Of a stretch of DNA of 64,000 nt, positions 9,191 through 22,464 are shown one piece after another; the first letter of the stretch is position 1; each line of letters opens with the position of its first letter. Made by a program: the position numbers and the translations under genes. Origin of the DNA: Calditrichia bacterium (lineage in GTDB: Bacteria; Calditrichota; Calditrichia; JAJRVZ01); contig CAWCNS010000011.1 in NCBI GenBank assembly GCA_963796965.1, positions 224,001 through 288,000 of the forward strand. Reading direction: 5' to 3'. The notes under the pieces are model-generated. The model was not told the DNA's origin. It worked only from the letters and a program-made list of their open reading frames with translations, and searched no databases.

Positions 9191-12100
9191 CATTTAAACA
9201 CCGAAGCCGGGATTTCCTGTTTTGGAATACCCGGTCCTTCATAGAACACGAACAAATCCTGCCCACCACCAAGCTGGTAATAACCAACCTCAATAAAATG
9301 CTCACCACGGGTGAGAAATATTTTGCCGGATTCCTCCCGATAACCATGCGCCCCACCATTATTCACGACTAATTGATTATTAATATAAAGGTTACTACCA
9401 TCATTGGAACCGGTATAAAAGATATATTCCCCATCCTTTTCAATATTTATAGTTGCCAGAAACTGAATGGCATAGCCTTTTAAATTAGTTTTGATGTCTT
9501 TGTAACTGATCTGGGCGACAGTTCCCGTTTTATCAGGAGTGGAAAGAACACCATTTTGAAATGTTCTTTTATTGCTATCGAAATATTTATAGTGGACACC
9601 ACTCGCCGGTGTATATTTATTATATTCAGAGACCGTACTTCCACTCGCTGCATATCCCTTTTTAAACGCTCTGGCCCTGAGTTTCGTATCATTATTGATG
9701 GTGACAGGCTCCTTGTACACCATAGAATTCATATCCGGTTCTGATCCATCGAGGGAATAATAAATTGAAGATTCTGCTGTTTCGGTCATTAATGTTACTT
9801 TGACAGATTCATTAAAATAGGCATTGACGGGGTCAATTGTTGGATCTTCAACAATTAATTGGTCAAATCTGGATGTATTAACCCTGCTCTGTCCCAACTC
9901 ATCATGGATGACGATGGCCTTAACGATACAATCACCAACATTTAGAACTACATCGGTATAGCGTTCAGACGACGAACTTGGTTCAGATCCATCAAGTGTA
10001 TAATATATCTTTCCATCATCCAACAAGCTGCTAATATAGATGTATCCCTGTGGGTTTCTTTTGACGACAGGTTCTGATACAAAAGGAATTCTGGGACGGG
10101 AAACGGTTTGTATTGACTCTTTTTCTTTGGAAAAAGGACGTAAGGAAAAACTAAAGGCATAGGTTTGTGGATCAACAGCACATTTCTTTATCAGGAAACC
10201 ATTAATTTCTCTTTCTATTGCATCAACACCATTTCCAACACCACGTTGACGTGCATCCAGACAGAAGGTAATGTAGTTTTCCTGTTCCAATTGATTCAAA
10301 TGTGTTGCTTCTTCCAATCCCTCCATACTATACGGTAAGGCGGTCATCGAAAAATTATCTGAACCCTGGACAAATACAAACCCTTTTTTGTTGCCATTTA
10401 GCAATGCAGCCCAGCGCGTATCTTGCCTGGATCCATTTTCCTGAGGCATACCATATGCGACATATTGTTCAGCTGGCGAGCTTTCATAAAATCCGATAGC
10501 AGCACCGGTTTTGCGATCGCAATAATTTTCATGGGGGCCTCGGCCAAAATATTTAAGATCTGAAAATGAATCCGGAAGTGTCATTTTAACCCCCACTCTT
10601 CCAAGGGTTGGTAAATCACCATAGGGTCTTATTTGATTATCAATAAGGACCTGGCCATTTCCACTGATCTGATAGGTACAAATATGCTCAAATCCACAGC
10701 CATTCAATCCTGAATAATTTATCTTAACATAGAGTTGCATAAGATTGCTCTCCAACTCATCAACCTCAAATATTTCAACCTTTGCCTTGAGAGTGTTAAG
10801 ACCAGCCTCCTTCCACTGTTGAGCGAGATTCTTTTCATTCCTAGTTGGCGTGCGATAGGCATTTAAAACAGGTCCGCCGGGTTTGTCAGATTCGGAATAA
10901 AGTAATTCTGATCCCCTGATACATATAGGAAGTCATCAAACCGGATTCTTTGTCATAGATCAATGAAAAATCAACCCCGGAAATGACCAATCTGTTCTCT
11001 TCATCTTTGTAAGATAAAGTCGCCCCCTTTGATAAATCGAGATATGGTCTGGGAACTCTTGGATTAATCTGAAACTGCTCCCAGGCTACTTCATGGCCTT
11101 TTTTTGCCCAGACTTCGTCCTTTTTTAATTGAAAACTAAGGTTGAGCCAGTATTCTGCTCCGGGAATAAATTTCATCGATTTGAGTGGAATGGTAACTTC
11201 TTTGCTTTCACCCGGTTTAACATCCAGAGATTGCAGCCCATCGCCCTGAATTTCGATGCCATCTTCTTCAAGAGTCCAAAACACATTAAAGTTACTTAGA
11301 TTGGTGAAAGGGTATTTGTTACGGATCAGAACACGACCTTCCTCAGCAGAGATGAGTTTCATTTCTACATATTCATAGACTTTTTTTATTTCCCACAATT
11401 TGGGTGAAGGGGTCCGATCAGAAAAGATTAAACCACAGAAAACAAAATTAGCATCCGGTGGTACCAATAGAGGCCCATAATCACCGGCATAGGTATAATA
11501 CTCCCGACCATTCTCATCTTTTTCTAATATTCCCTGGTCACACCAGTCCCAGATACAGCCTCCAATCAATGAGGGATATTTCTCAATGGCATCCCAATAT
11601 TCTTTTAAATTTCCACAGGCATTTCCATTCCCAAGCGCATATTCACAAAGAAATAAAGGTACTTCCGGATCTTCTTCCGCATACTGGGTAATCCGGTCCA
11701 CGGTAGCATACATTCTGCTGTGAATATCACCAGCCTTATTATAACCTTCATAATGGACCAGACGGGTTGGATCCACTTTATGGGCATGGTCACGCATATG
11801 CAGAAAGTTCTCACCTGACCCGGCTTCGTTGCCTAATGACCAGAAAATGACAGAGGGATGATTCTTATCCCGCTGGATCATATTATCCAGACGATCGATT
11901 GCAGCTGCCTTCCATTGAGGATTTGATTTTGGCAGGATACCATTTACGCCATGTGATTCCAGATTTGCCTCATCTACCACATAAAGTCCATATTGATCGC
12001 AGAGATCATACCATCTGGGATCGTTGGGATAATGAGAAGTGCGCACCGTATTTAAATTAAACTGCTTCATTAGTTCCACATCCCGTACCATTGATTCATA

Positions 12101-13269
12101 AGAAGTGACATGTCCGCCATCACGGGTATGGTCATGTCGGTTAGCACCTTTTAATAAAACAGAAACCCCATTGATCATAAGTTGCGTATCTTTGAGTTCA
12201 ATTTCCCGGAACCCATATTGACACTGCTGTGTCTCCACAATTTTTCCATCTTCATCTTTCAATGTAAAAATGATCTGATAGAGATGGGGCTGGTCTGCTG
12301 ACCATTTAAGAGGATTTATAACTTTTGTCGTAAATTCAAGGGCTGTCTCTTCAGTTTTTGATGGATTACGAAAGGTCTTACGCAAAGGTTTTTCAACGGT
12401 AATTTGCTCGCCCTTTTGGTCATAAATCTGCGCTTCCAATTGATAGGATTTTTTCTGGTCCGAGCTATAGTTTTTTATTTTTGCTGTTATATCTAATTGA
12501 GCATCCTGATATTGCTCATCCAGATCACAGCGGATATAATAATCTCTCAAATGAACAGCTGGTGTGGCAAATAAATATACATCACGAAAGATTCCACCGT
12601 AGCGCCATAGGCTCTGGCATTCCATATACCTGCCATCACAATATTTGAAAACCTGAACAGCTAAAACGTTCTCACCTTTTTTCAAATAGGGTGTAATATT
12701 AAACTCAGCCGGTGTAAAACTGTCTTCGCTATAGCCAACTTTTTGACCATTTACCCAAATGTAAAAGGCTGATTTAACCCCGCCTAAATGAATAAATATC
12801 TGTCGTCCATCCCAATCTTCCGGTACCGTAAAGGTTCTGCGATAAGAGCCAACCGGATTGCGGTCCTCCGGGATATAGGGAGGATTAGGATCGCCAAAGG
12901 CAAATTTTGTATCATAAAACACAGGAATTCCGAAATCCATGTAGTTCCCATACAGCCGGGCACATCAAATTCCCCCCAGGCAGTGACATCATAACCGGGA
13001 TTATAAAATTCCTTGGGACGTTCAGCGGCATTGGCCACCCAATTAAACTTCCATTTACCATTAAGAAGTTTGTAATAGGGGGAGGATTCTCTTACACCCT
13101 TCTGCGCCTGTTCAACGGATGCGTAGGTTTGACTGGTGTTACGAGCCGGTTCCCGGTTTACCTGAAATATTTCAGGATTATAAAGCTCCGGTGTCTTGTC
13201 CTCAGCAATCAGGTTCACAGATAGACAGATGAGAATCAAGGTTGTCAGTTTTTGGATGTTTTTACTCAT
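9190..13269 (-). CDS. lacZ: Beta-galactosidase (GH2, LacZ-type) with C-terminal Fn3-associated/chitobiase-like repeats and PA14 domain (frameshifts near 12945 and 10890)
   Basis: NPVGSYRR, NTVRTSHYP, WSLGNE, LCEY, IWDW, YFGRGPHENY, PQENG; two IYY(T/S)LDGSEP repeats; SNDGSNLYIN..H PA14 motif. Confidence 0.9.
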
Positions 13270-13729
13270 TCTCCAAATCTCCAGAATTTTAATTTTGAAT
13301 TGTTTACAAGAGATAGCCACCAAGACACAAAGTCACAAAAGACTTAGGTAAAAGGAAAGTCTATATCTATGACATTTAGTATATTTGGTTCAAACCCTAT
13401 GCCATTTAACTTTTTGTTTTTCAGGTATTTATATGCTCGTGTATAAGTATTAATATGGCTACACGATATAAAGATATAGAAATTTAACTAAAAATAAACT
13501 CTTAGGAAAATGGGTGAGGTTCTTATTTCAATGATTTATTAGTCTTAACTGACTAAAAGATCTGAATAAGAAGAATTCTTAAATTGTCCAAATGAAATAT
13601 TGAATATTTTATCTTACTTTTATCTCCACATTCCTAACCTACCTGTCCAATTATATGATTATAGCAATTCTCATTTACGTATTGATTAGAGGAAACGATA
13701 TTTTAGAGAAGAAAATCTGCGAGGTAAAA

Positions 13730-14284
13730 TTATAAATTTTCAAACATAATCCTGAATCCAATAATAATCAAAATTACCCCACCCAAGATTGTCATATGGG
13801 ACCGCAAGTTTTTACTGGCCATAGATCCAAGCCTGATACCAAGTAAAGATAGTCCCGATGTAATTACACCAATAATGACAGATGGATACCAGATATTAAT
13901 GTCAATCATTGCCAGGCTAAATCCTACAGCCATGGCATCGATACTCGTCGCCAGGGAAAGTATAACCAGATTTAATCCTTTTGAGGGATCGTCTTTTCGG
14001 AATAATTCCTCAGATTTAAATCCTGATAGCACCATTCGGCTTCCGACAATAAGAAGCAGCCCAAATGCGATCCAATGGTCAAATGCAAATAGTAATTCTG
14101 CAACACGATCTCCGGCAAACCAACCAAGAACGGGCATAAAAAACTGAAAAAGACCAAAGTGAAAGGATAGCCTGAATACTGCCCTTTTTGATTTTATCAT
14201 TCCAGACGCAGAAGCGGCAACTGAGACGACAAAAGCATCCATAGCCAGACCAAGAGCAATCAATACAATCTCAATAAATTCCAT
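13730..14284 (-). CDS. mntP: Manganese efflux pump MntP
   Basis: LAMDAFVVS, FGLFQFFMP, DHWIAFGLL, ATSIDAMAVG. Confidence 0.92.
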   Translation of the reverse strand: MEFIEIVLIALGLAMDAFVVSVAASASGMIKSKRAVFRLSFHFGLFQFFMPVLGWFAGDRVAELLFAFDHWIAFGLLLIVGSRMVLSGFKSEELFRKDDPSKGLNLVILSLATSIDAMAVGFSLAMIDINIWYPSVIIGVITSGLSLLGIRLGSMASKNLRSHMTILGGVILIIIGFRIMFENL

Positions 14285-14578
14285 CAGATTCGTATCCGTT
14301 TAACATAATCGCTATGTGGATTATCCTGAAATATTCATATGATTCGGGCTACTCTAAAATAGCCTCTCGGACAAAAAAAATATTTAACACCGAATACTCG
14401 CGCCGTATTATTGTAGCGAAATTCTGATATCATCCTGACAGGATCTGCCAAAATATAGAATCGATTTCGACAAGCAGGAAGATTCCTATCCCGAGTCGGG
14501 ATCTCGTTCCGGGACAGAATGACAAGTGAAGAAATTAAAAAAGAACTGCAAATGATGCCAATAAATTGAGAAGGTGTT

Positions 14579-15418
14579 TTATAAAAGGCGTTAATCATAA
14601 ACCCAAGACGAATACCGCCTTTGGCAAATTTTTTATCTGCACCGGCAAGAAACTAGGAATTATTTATCTCTACATTATTGCTGACAAATATTTTAAAAAA
14701 ATGACCCCCGGTTTCCAATTCGATTCCAGTCGAAAAGGAATTATAACTATCCCGCCAGCCATTGGTTGTAGGATTCCACTCAACCATTAAACTCCAGAAT
14801 TCTGAAAAATAATACTGGGCATAGAGACCCATTGTCAGACTTCTCTTAATTTCTTCAGTAAAGATATCGCTGTTATACAAATAGGAAGGGACAAAGCCGA
14901 TTCCCAATTTTTTAAATAATAGGGTATTAAAAATTAATTGTACAAAATACTGAAAGTTTCTCGGATCACTATTCGATCGATCAGAGATATAGCTATTCCA
15001 GGCTGCGCCCAGATTCACAGTTCCCACAAGAGGAAGAATATCGTTATTTATCTCAAGGGCCTTATAGCGAAATTGCAGATCGAGGTTATTTGTCACATTG
15101 GTCCGCCCAAGTGTGATCACCATTTTATTGGTAGGGGCATACCCCAGGGCTAATCGAATATTGGCTGGTCCATCCAGGCCCCAGAATTCCTTGTAGCCTT
15201 CACTTAGAGCCGGAACAAATCGGTGAGAGATGAGAAACTCAAAATCTCCTTTTTGCATGGTTTCAGCTGTTGGCAGGTTAATCGCATACGTCGAATGAAA
15301 AAGTCTCCAGATGAGTGGTTGTAGATTCATTTCGCTTCCATTTTATATTCTGAGCGTATGAGATTTGTAATAAAAAACTTCCACATAGAAATAATGCTAT
15401 TGTAACTTTCATATACAT
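14579..15418 (-). CDS. DUF5777-like outer-membrane beta-barrel (frameshifted at both ends)
   Basis: INLPT, FLISHRF, FWGLDGPANIRL, IELETGGHFF motifs; signal peptide from ATG 15418 or 15412. Confidence 0.75.
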
Positions 15419-15427
15419 AATTCATTC

Positions 15428-15994
15428 CTATTCTTTTTCTACATTATTAATATAAAAATCAAGTTGCATGTCCATATCCTCATCGATTTTATAGAACATA
15501 ATTGAGGGGATTTCAATTTCAAAATCAGATAATTTTACAATAAAATTTGTCTGAATGTGATAGCCATTGCCATCCCGGGTCAGCGTTCCCTTTACGTTTA
15601 AATTTTTTTCTTTGCCATGTATAAATATTTTACCTTCCACCTGCACTGAGTAGTTACCCGGTGAATCTTCACTGGCGGAAATAATTTTACCCTGGAAATA
15701 GGTAAGAGGATATTTATCTGTCTCCAGATAGTTCTCACGCATATGTCTGTTTCTCAAACCTATCCCGGTATCCAGGGAATTTAAATCTACTTCTAAATAT
15801 ACCGTACTTTTTTCGATCAGATCATCGCCTTCCCAATATATATATCCATCAATTTTGTCGGTGACACCTTCGAAATCTTCAATGGGAGCATCGGAAACAA
15901 ATTTCACCATATTATTCCGATCCTTATCAATATGGTATTCACCTGCTGTGAGGATGCTGATCATGACAAATAATGTAACTAGCGTCGTTTTCAT
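15428..15994 (-). CDS. YceI family protein
   Basis: SDAPIEDFEG, LDTGIGLRNRHMRENYLETDKYP, IHG. Confidence 0.9.
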   Translation of the reverse strand: MKTTLVTLFVMISILTAGEYHIDKDRNNMVKFVSDAPIEDFEGVTDKIDGYIYWEGDDLIEKSTVYLEVDLNSLDTGIGLRNRHMRENYLETDKYPLTYFQGKIISASEDSPGNYSVQVEGKIFIHGKEKNLNVKGTLTRDGNGYHIQTNFIVKLSDFEIEIPSIMFYKIDEDMDMQLDFYINNVEKE

Positions 15995-16003
15995 GTTTAC
16001 TCC

Positions 16004-16411
16004 TTAATTATTTGGGGACCCTTTATCGATCCAGGCAATTACCGAATCAATTACAGCATTGGAAAGTTGTCCTGATGGGGGCATAACCGAGGTTCCATCT
16101 CCATGCAGTTTTCGTATAAGGTAACTGCTTTCGCTTTCAAATGGTTTTACCCGCATAAGAGAAGAATTTTGGAAACTAGGTACATTTACCAAATTTTTAT
16201 ATGACTGACCGGTGCTGAGGTTTGGCTGTTGACTCCCCCCATGACAGCCAGATAACGCACAGGATTTATTAAATAACTCATTTTGAATATCAGTAAAGGT
16301 AGCTTTCATATTTTCCTCAGGTGCATTAATATCTTCAGGACCCTCAATATTATTTTCGCATGATATGAGAAACATTACCGTCATACTCATTACATAAATA
16401 CAGTATTTCAA
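16004..16411 (-). CDS. Lipoprotein, putative cytochrome c with CX4CH motif
   Basis: AGGAGG then TTG start; lipobox LISC; CALSGCH; RVKP..SESSYL, MPP and WIDKG segments. Confidence 0.7.
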   Translation of the reverse strand: MKYCIYVMSMTVMFLISCENNIEGPEDINAPEENMKATFTDIQNELFNKSCALSGCHGGSQQPNLSTGQSYKNLVNVPSFQNSSLMRVKPFESESSYLIRKLHGDGTSVMPPSGQLSNAVIDSVIAWIDKGSPNN

Positions 16412-16469
16412 CTATTCCTCCTATTCCAGATTAAAGTAGTATCAAATATAAGTACAAAGTTTTAAAAGT

Positions 16470-16497
16470 AATTAAGAATTAACAATTACGAATTAAG
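16470..16497 (+). repeat. Heptamer tandem (AATTAnn)x4
   Basis: aattaag aattaac aattacg aattaag. Confidence 0.55.
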
Positions 16498-16591
16498 AAT
16501 GTTTGGAAAATTATTGTTACTTGAGAAAATGTGAGTTGCCTTAACCCTTTGTGTATAAAGTAATACCATTATTAACTAAATCTCCTAAACC

Positions 16592-16616
16592 GTCATTCCG
16601 AACTTGATTCGGAATC
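16592..16616 (+). repeat. Solo GTCAT-tagged palindrome, same family as the GIY-YIG array
   Basis: gtcattccgaacttgattcggaatc, one mismatch from 29075-29099. Confidence 0.85.
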
Positions 16617-16815
16617 TTATATAAACCATCTACATAGATCCTGTTCGAAGGACTTTTCCTGAGAAACAGGTCAGCCGGAAGGTCGAAGATCCTTAGAATC
16701 ATGCTCTCCATTTTCAATCGCAATAAATTTTTCAAGATTATCAGAGATTTCATTTAATTACCATTAGTTTATAGATCATACCATCTCTTCTTTCTTACTC
16801 ATACATTCCTAATCA

Positions 16816-16832
16816 TTCAAGTACCATGCCAG
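16816..16832 (-). promoter_or_regulatory. Putative sigma54 (-24/-12) promoter for the cytochrome-YceI-DUF5777 operon
   Basis: CTGGCATGGTACTTGAA (GG-N10-GA). Confidence 0.55.
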
Positions 16833-16909
16833 ATTTGATAACCACAACATAATCCTTTAATAAACAAAATATTACCTACATTACTTGATCGACTAATCTT
16901 TTTATACCA

Positions 16910-17063
16910 GTGCATGATTTGCTCTACAATATTTTTGAGATAACATTTACTGCGCACCTGATCCTTCTGGACATATATCTTTTTAAATCATAAAAACAGG
17001 AATAATTTCAATTCACTTTTCGTCTAATGTGCAATATGTGCCTAGTCTATACCAGATTTGCAC
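16910..17063. promoter_or_regulatory. Putative activator binding sites GTGCA-N5-TGC
   Basis: gtgcatgatttgctc at 16910, gtgcaatatgtgcct at 17029, half site tgcac at 17059; same motif twice at 25354 and 25375. Confidence 0.5.
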
Positions 17064-17078
17064 AAATCAGATACTATT

Positions 17079-18067
17079 ATGAGTTTAAAAATCAAATCTA
17101 TCATTCACTTTTTTGCATTCGGCCTCTTACTATTTCTCGTGGGCTGTATGGATGATGTGGCTCACGACAATCCCCTTGATCCGGCGAACGATAGCAATAC
17201 GCTACAAATCAGTGGCCAGGTGTTTACTTTTTATCATCCCCGTTCAGAAATAACCGGAGCGACTATACATATAGATCCGGGTGATGGCATCACTATTTCT
17301 GATCAATCGGGATTCTATGAGATACATCATTTGGCTCCCGGTACCTATACCATTTGGTGTTTAGCCGATGGATATAATCAGGATTCTCTTGAAATTGTTC
17401 TAAATGGAAATCTTAAACAGGATTTCTTTCTCGATGGCTCGCCGGAATTCACGGAGATTTCTATACGGGCCCACCATCACTCCCGCTGGTTTCCACGAGA
17501 AGAGATATATTTTTTAGAACTCGAAACCAGGGTAACTGATCCTGATGGTATTGGTGATATCCGCTCGGTCACCTGTTCCATCCCCTCTCTTGATTTCCAG
17601 GATACCCTTCAACCTGGCCTTGAGGCAGGTTTTTTCTCTAAGGAATTATTTGGCCAGGATCTACCTGTAACCTCTATTCATCAACTTATCGGGCAGGAAA
17701 TTGTACTTGAGGTGATGGATGACTATGGTACATCTGCTAAATCTGAATCTCATTATCTGACACGCATTCTCGAACAGACCCCTGTTTTGCTTAACCCTTC
17801 AGGACTGGAATCTGTTCAGGGAGATACAATAACATTTACCTGGGAAGATCTGTCTTTACCTTTTCCGGCATCTCTGCGTATTGACATTTTTCAAATTAGT
17901 TTGGGAATTGCCAGAAAAGTTGATGTGATTAAGGATCTCTCTATTTGAAGAGAATATCACCACTATTACATGATTTAAATTCTGGTGATTTCTTCTGGAC
18001 CCTCAACATTGTTGATGAATTTGGAAACGTCAGTGGTTCCCGGGAAGGAACTTTTAAAATTGAATAA
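17079..18067 (+). CDS. Lipoprotein with carboxypeptidase-regulatory-like domain (frameshift near 17945)
   Basis: Lipobox LVGC, NPLDP, ISGQV..SDQSGFYEIHHLAPGTYTI..GY. Confidence 0.7.
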
Positions 18068-18085
18068 ACAAAGGATTGAAATCAT

Positions 18086-19560
18086 ATGTCAACCGTAAAT
18101 CCTTACACTGCCCTGGTAGAAATAAGTGAGTCCATAAATTCCATTCAGGATACATCCCTCTTGCTTGATAAGATCATGGATACGGCAATGACAACCTTGT
18201 CGGCGGAGCGTGGATTTATACTCTTAAATAAAAATGGGAAGACCAATTCTCATGATACAATCACAGCCCGCAATATGAACCAGGAAACAATTTCATCGCT
18301 ACGGAATTTATCTACAAGTGTCGTTGATCAGGTACTTAAGAATAACAAACCAATTTTAAGTTTAGATGCCCAGACAGATAACCGTTTTATAGGATCGGAA
18401 AGTGTCGTCCTGCAACAAATCAAATCCGTTCTATGCACACCTCTTTTGTATGAAGACAGATCTATCGGTGTCATCTATATGGATACCCAGCTGAACAGAA
18501 AACAATTCGATGAGGCAAGTCTTCACTTTATAGAGGCGTTTTCACGTCAGGCAGCTATTGCCATTACCAATGCAAAAATGCTTCAGGATTTGCAGTCCGA
18601 AAACAAGCGTCTGCGTAAACAAATAAATCTTCAGGATAGTTTTCCGGAAATTATCGGAAAAAGTGAATCTATAAAAAAAATCATGGAGATGATTCGTGAT
18701 GTTGCTGATTCGACTGCTTCGGTCCTTATTGAAGGAGAAAGCGGCACTGGTAAGGAACTCGTTGCTCAGGCTCTGCACAAACATTCTTCACGCCGTGACA
18801 AGCCATTTGTACCAATATTTTGTGGAAGTCTTACAGAAGCTTATTAGAGAGTGAGTTGTTTGGCCATAAAAAAGGTGCATTTACAGGAGCAAGTGACAAT
18901 AAAACAGGATTGTTTGAAGATGCGGATGGCGGAACGGTTTTTTTGGATGAAATCTCTGAAATCAGCCTGAGCATGCAGACTAAGTTACTGCGGGTTATCC
19001 AGGAAGGTGAAATTAAACGGGTTGGAGAAAATCTTCAACGCAAAGTAGACGTTCGCATAATCTCAGCTACCAATAAAAATTTAACAGAAGAAATTCAGCA
19101 GGGCAGATTTCGGGAAGATCTATTTTACCGTCTCAATGTTATCCGTCTCACATTACCTCCTCTAAGGGAAAGACCGGATGATATAACCATTCTTGCAGAC
19201 CATTTTCTCAAATTCTATGTTCAAAAAAATAAAAAGAATTCATTAAGACTTTCCCGCGAAACCCTGGAATTGCTCAGAGATTACCACTGGCCTGGAAACG
19301 TCCGCGAACTTGAAAATACAATAGAGAGAGCCACGGTTTTGGCCAAACATTCAGAAATTAAACCAGACCTGTTCCAGCTGCAAAAAATCGACAATCAACT
19401 ACCGCTTGGTAAAACATTGGATGAGATTAATAAGTTTGCGATTTTAAAAACCATAGAAATGGTTGGGGAAAACCGAACAAAAGCAGCCCAGGTCCTTGGG
19501 GTCTCAAGAAGATGGCTGCAATACAGATTGAAAGAATGGGGTCTCGTTAATGGTAATTGA
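18086..19560 (+). CDS. GAF-domain sigma54-dependent activator (bEBP); frameshift near 18840
   Basis: GAF ([21 protein letters not shown]), [37 protein letters not shown]-terminal HTH. Confidence 0.92.
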
Positions 19561-21192
19561 TGGATATCAAATATTAGGCGAGATTTATCGCGGTCCGGTA
19601 ACCACAGTTTATCAGGCCAGGCATCTTGGATTGGACAGATCTGTGTTGTTGAAGGTCTTAAATTTACAATGGCGTGAAACAGAAGATCTGAAAAATCGTT
19701 TTAGCCGTGAGGCAAAGATTGGTGCACGACTGGACCACACTAATATCGTGAGAATATTTGATTACAAGGCTGATGGGAATGACTTCTTTATTGCAATGGA
19801 ATTTATTGAGGGAATAAATTTACATGAATTTGTTCAGCAGCATCACCCACTTCCTTTTCCGGTCATCCACTATATAACCGTCAATATTCTGAAGGGACTA
19901 ACCTATGCCCATATGGAAAATGCAATCCACCGCGATATAAAACCTTCTAATATTATGATCTCCCGCGTGGGAGAGGTGAAAATTACCGATTTTGGATTAG
20001 CAGTAATATCTGATCTTCCCCAAATCACAGAACAAGGTCAGACCGTCGGAAGCCCCTCATATATGTCCCCCGAACAAGCGCTGAACAAAAGTTTAGACAA
20101 GAGAACGGATCTTTTCAGCCTGGGAACAACTATATATGAATTATGCACTAAAATCCCACCATTTCAAAGTGACAATATTGGAACAACGATCCATAATATA
20201 TTAACCAAACAACCCAATCAACTATTCACTCTGAGACCGGATATTCCATCCTGGTTTTCTGATATCACACACCAACTTTTACAAAAGAAACCTTTTAAAC
20301 GACCCGCTGATTCTGAGATCGTCCTGAAACAGTCAATGAAAATAGAAAAAATGATTGCGCCTTGGGAGATTGACAAGTTCCTTCAGCAAAAAGAGAAGAC
20401 AGAATTCAAATCAATACATCCTGTGACACAATCCCATAATATAAAAAAACTTCTTTTTCGCGCTTCCCCAATTATTCTAATCGTCACGTTCATTTTATTC
20501 TGGATTCTTCAGGATAGTAGTTCAGCCTCTAAAACGGATATTCCAATAAATAAAAATGATCCTGGCTTACTAGCGGCAAAAGTTGATTTAGCAAGTGATG
20601 AAGACATAAAAGAAGTGCTGCCTGAACAGGAGGCAGAAAACATTCAATCGAATATAATAGACACCTTTCAGAGTAAACCACGGTCTCTTCCAGCGGAGCA
20701 AACACCAGATCCGGAGGAGAGTAAAATGACAGTTCTGCCGGGGAAACTGTTTATTGTGGTAAATCCATGGGCCAAAATCTATATAAATGATGATTATATA
20801 GAGACCACCCCTCTAACAAAGCCTTTATCATTGAAGCCAGGCAAATATAAAATTGAACTTCGCAATCCAAATTATAAAGAACATATTGAATATTTCGAAT
20901 CGACTCACGGCCAGGTAGATACATTGTACGCCCAATTGAAATTGAATCGCGGTCTGCTAGTATCTTTCGTGTATCTCCGTGGGCCGAGATATTTATAAAT
21001 AATCACTATGTGGAAACAACCCCCCTGAAGAATCCTTTATCTCTTCCGGAGGGTAAACATGTTTTAACTTTAAAAAATCCAAATTTTTTAACCATTTCGG
21101 ATACAATTGAAATTTTGACTGGAAAAACCCTGGCCAAACGCATTCAAATGAAAAATTCTGGCATAGTATTTGAGGATAGTTTAAATAATTAA
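19550..21192 (+). CDS. Membrane Ser/Thr protein kinase with two C-terminal PEGA-like domains (frameshift near 20960)
   Basis: [17 protein letters not shown]; one hydrophobic helix; [18 protein letters not shown] module twice. Confidence 0.9.
21158..21174 (+). promoter_or_regulatory. Putative sigma54 promoter for the Kelch gene
   Basis: CTGGCATAGTATTTGAG (GG-N10-GA), 45 nt before ATG 21220. Confidence 0.5.
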
Positions 21193-21219
21193 TATGATTA
21201 TCTTTCTACAGGATTCTTA

Positions 21220-22464
21220 ATGAGACATTATTTTATCATCTCTTTTTTGTGTATTACAGTCACAATGGTTTATAATTCATTCGCCGATGAATGGTATCAG
21301 GCAGCACCTTTGAATATTTCCCGTGGTGGTGCGGCAGCTGTAATGCTGGAAGGTCATATTTATGTATTCGGTGGCAAGTCCATAAATAACAGGATCTTAA
21401 AGAATGTTGAAAGATATGATCCGGTTTATGACGTCTGGGATACCACGCATGTTCCGGATTTTTCTCATGCCAGATTTAATGCAACCGCTGTGATCTTTAA
21501 TGAAAAGATCTATCTGATTGGAGGGCAAAATGGAGAACGGGTTTTAAAGGAGGTTGAAGTTTATGATCCTGTGCAGAATACCTGGGATCAAGTGCAAGAT
21601 CTGCGCAGGGATCGTGAAGGTTTATCTGGCGCCGTTTTTAATGATCGAATCTACGCTATTGGGGGCCAGAAAGACCCTTATAACCTGATTCATGAGATTG
21701 AGTGGTATGATCAACCCGCTGATAATTGGCTGGAGGCTATATTCAATTTACCGTATCCCAGATCCGCACATTATCATGGAGTCATTGGAAATGACTTCTA
21801 CATGTTTGGTGGATTTTATTATGATCCCACAAATACTGCTTATAAAGCTTCTCCCGGAGTAAGTGGATATGAATGGACCCAACTTGAATATCTGAGTAAA
21901 AAGCGTGCATATGGTGCATCAGTCATCTCCAGGGGCAACATATATATCATTGGGGGTGAAACCACCTATGGCAAAACAAGCACCGTAGAAGTTTTTTTAA
22001 CCGAAAGTGAGACCTACGGTCCCTGTGAACCAATCACCTCACCCAGAAGCGGTATGGCCGCTGTCACCATCGAAGATACAATTATCTTTGTTATCGGGGG
22101 TTTCGAATCCGAAAACAATGATCCTGTTACCACAGTTGAGTGGTATCATGGTGAATGCTACACAGCACTTGATTATGAACAAAATAAAATGCTGCCAGAA
22201 GACCACGTTATTATAAATGGATATCCCAACCCATTTAATAATGGAATCAGATTAGATATTTCAATACCTGAAAGAGACAACTATAAACTGGATATATATG
22301 CGATCACCGGCCAAAAGATAAAAACACTTTACCAGGGTTTTATGAACAGTGGTAATCATTCATATAAATGGCAAGTGAATCCGCAATTTTCATCCGGTCT
22401 GTATTTTTTATTTGTAAGATCGGAGAAATATTTACAGAAATATAAAATGATATATATAAAATAA
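21220..22464 (+). CDS. Kelch-repeat protein with C-terminal sorting domain
   Basis: Six IY/F-x-x-GG repeats; signal peptide; YPNPFN...GLYF tail. Confidence 0.9.
   Translation: MRHYFIISFLCITVTMVYNSFADEWYQAAPLNISRGGAAAVMLEGHIYVFGGKSINNRILKNVERYDPVYDVWDTTHVPDFSHARFNATAVIFNEKIYLIGGQNGERVLKEVEVYDPVQNTWDQVQDLRRDREGLSGAVFNDRIYAIGGQKDPYNLIHEIEWYDQPADNWLEAIFNLPYPRSAHYHGVIGNDFYMFGGFYYDPTNTAYKASPGVSGYEWTQLEYLSKKRAYGASVISRGNIYIIGGETTYGKTSTVEVFLTESETYGPCEPITSPRSGMAAVTIEDTIIFVIGGFESENNDPVTTVEWYHGECYTALDYEQNKMLPEDHVIINGYPNPFNNGIRLDISIPERDNYKLDIYAITGQKIKTLYQGFMNSGNHSYKWQVNPQFSSGLYFLFVRSEKYLQKYKMIYIK

Noticed and set aside
9081..9359. ORF overlapping the lacZ end and the inverted repeat
   Set aside because: Alternate-frame shadow ORF running through a repeat arm.
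14285..14560. yybP-ykoY manganese riboswitch upstream of mntP
   Set aside because: Only AGAGTAGC in a short hairpin is visible; I could not find the rest of the expected structure. A covariance-model search is needed.
16541..16753. 70-aa ORF between the promoter and the cytochrome gene
   Set aside because: Includes a translated palindrome (IPNQVRND) and has no recognisable motif.
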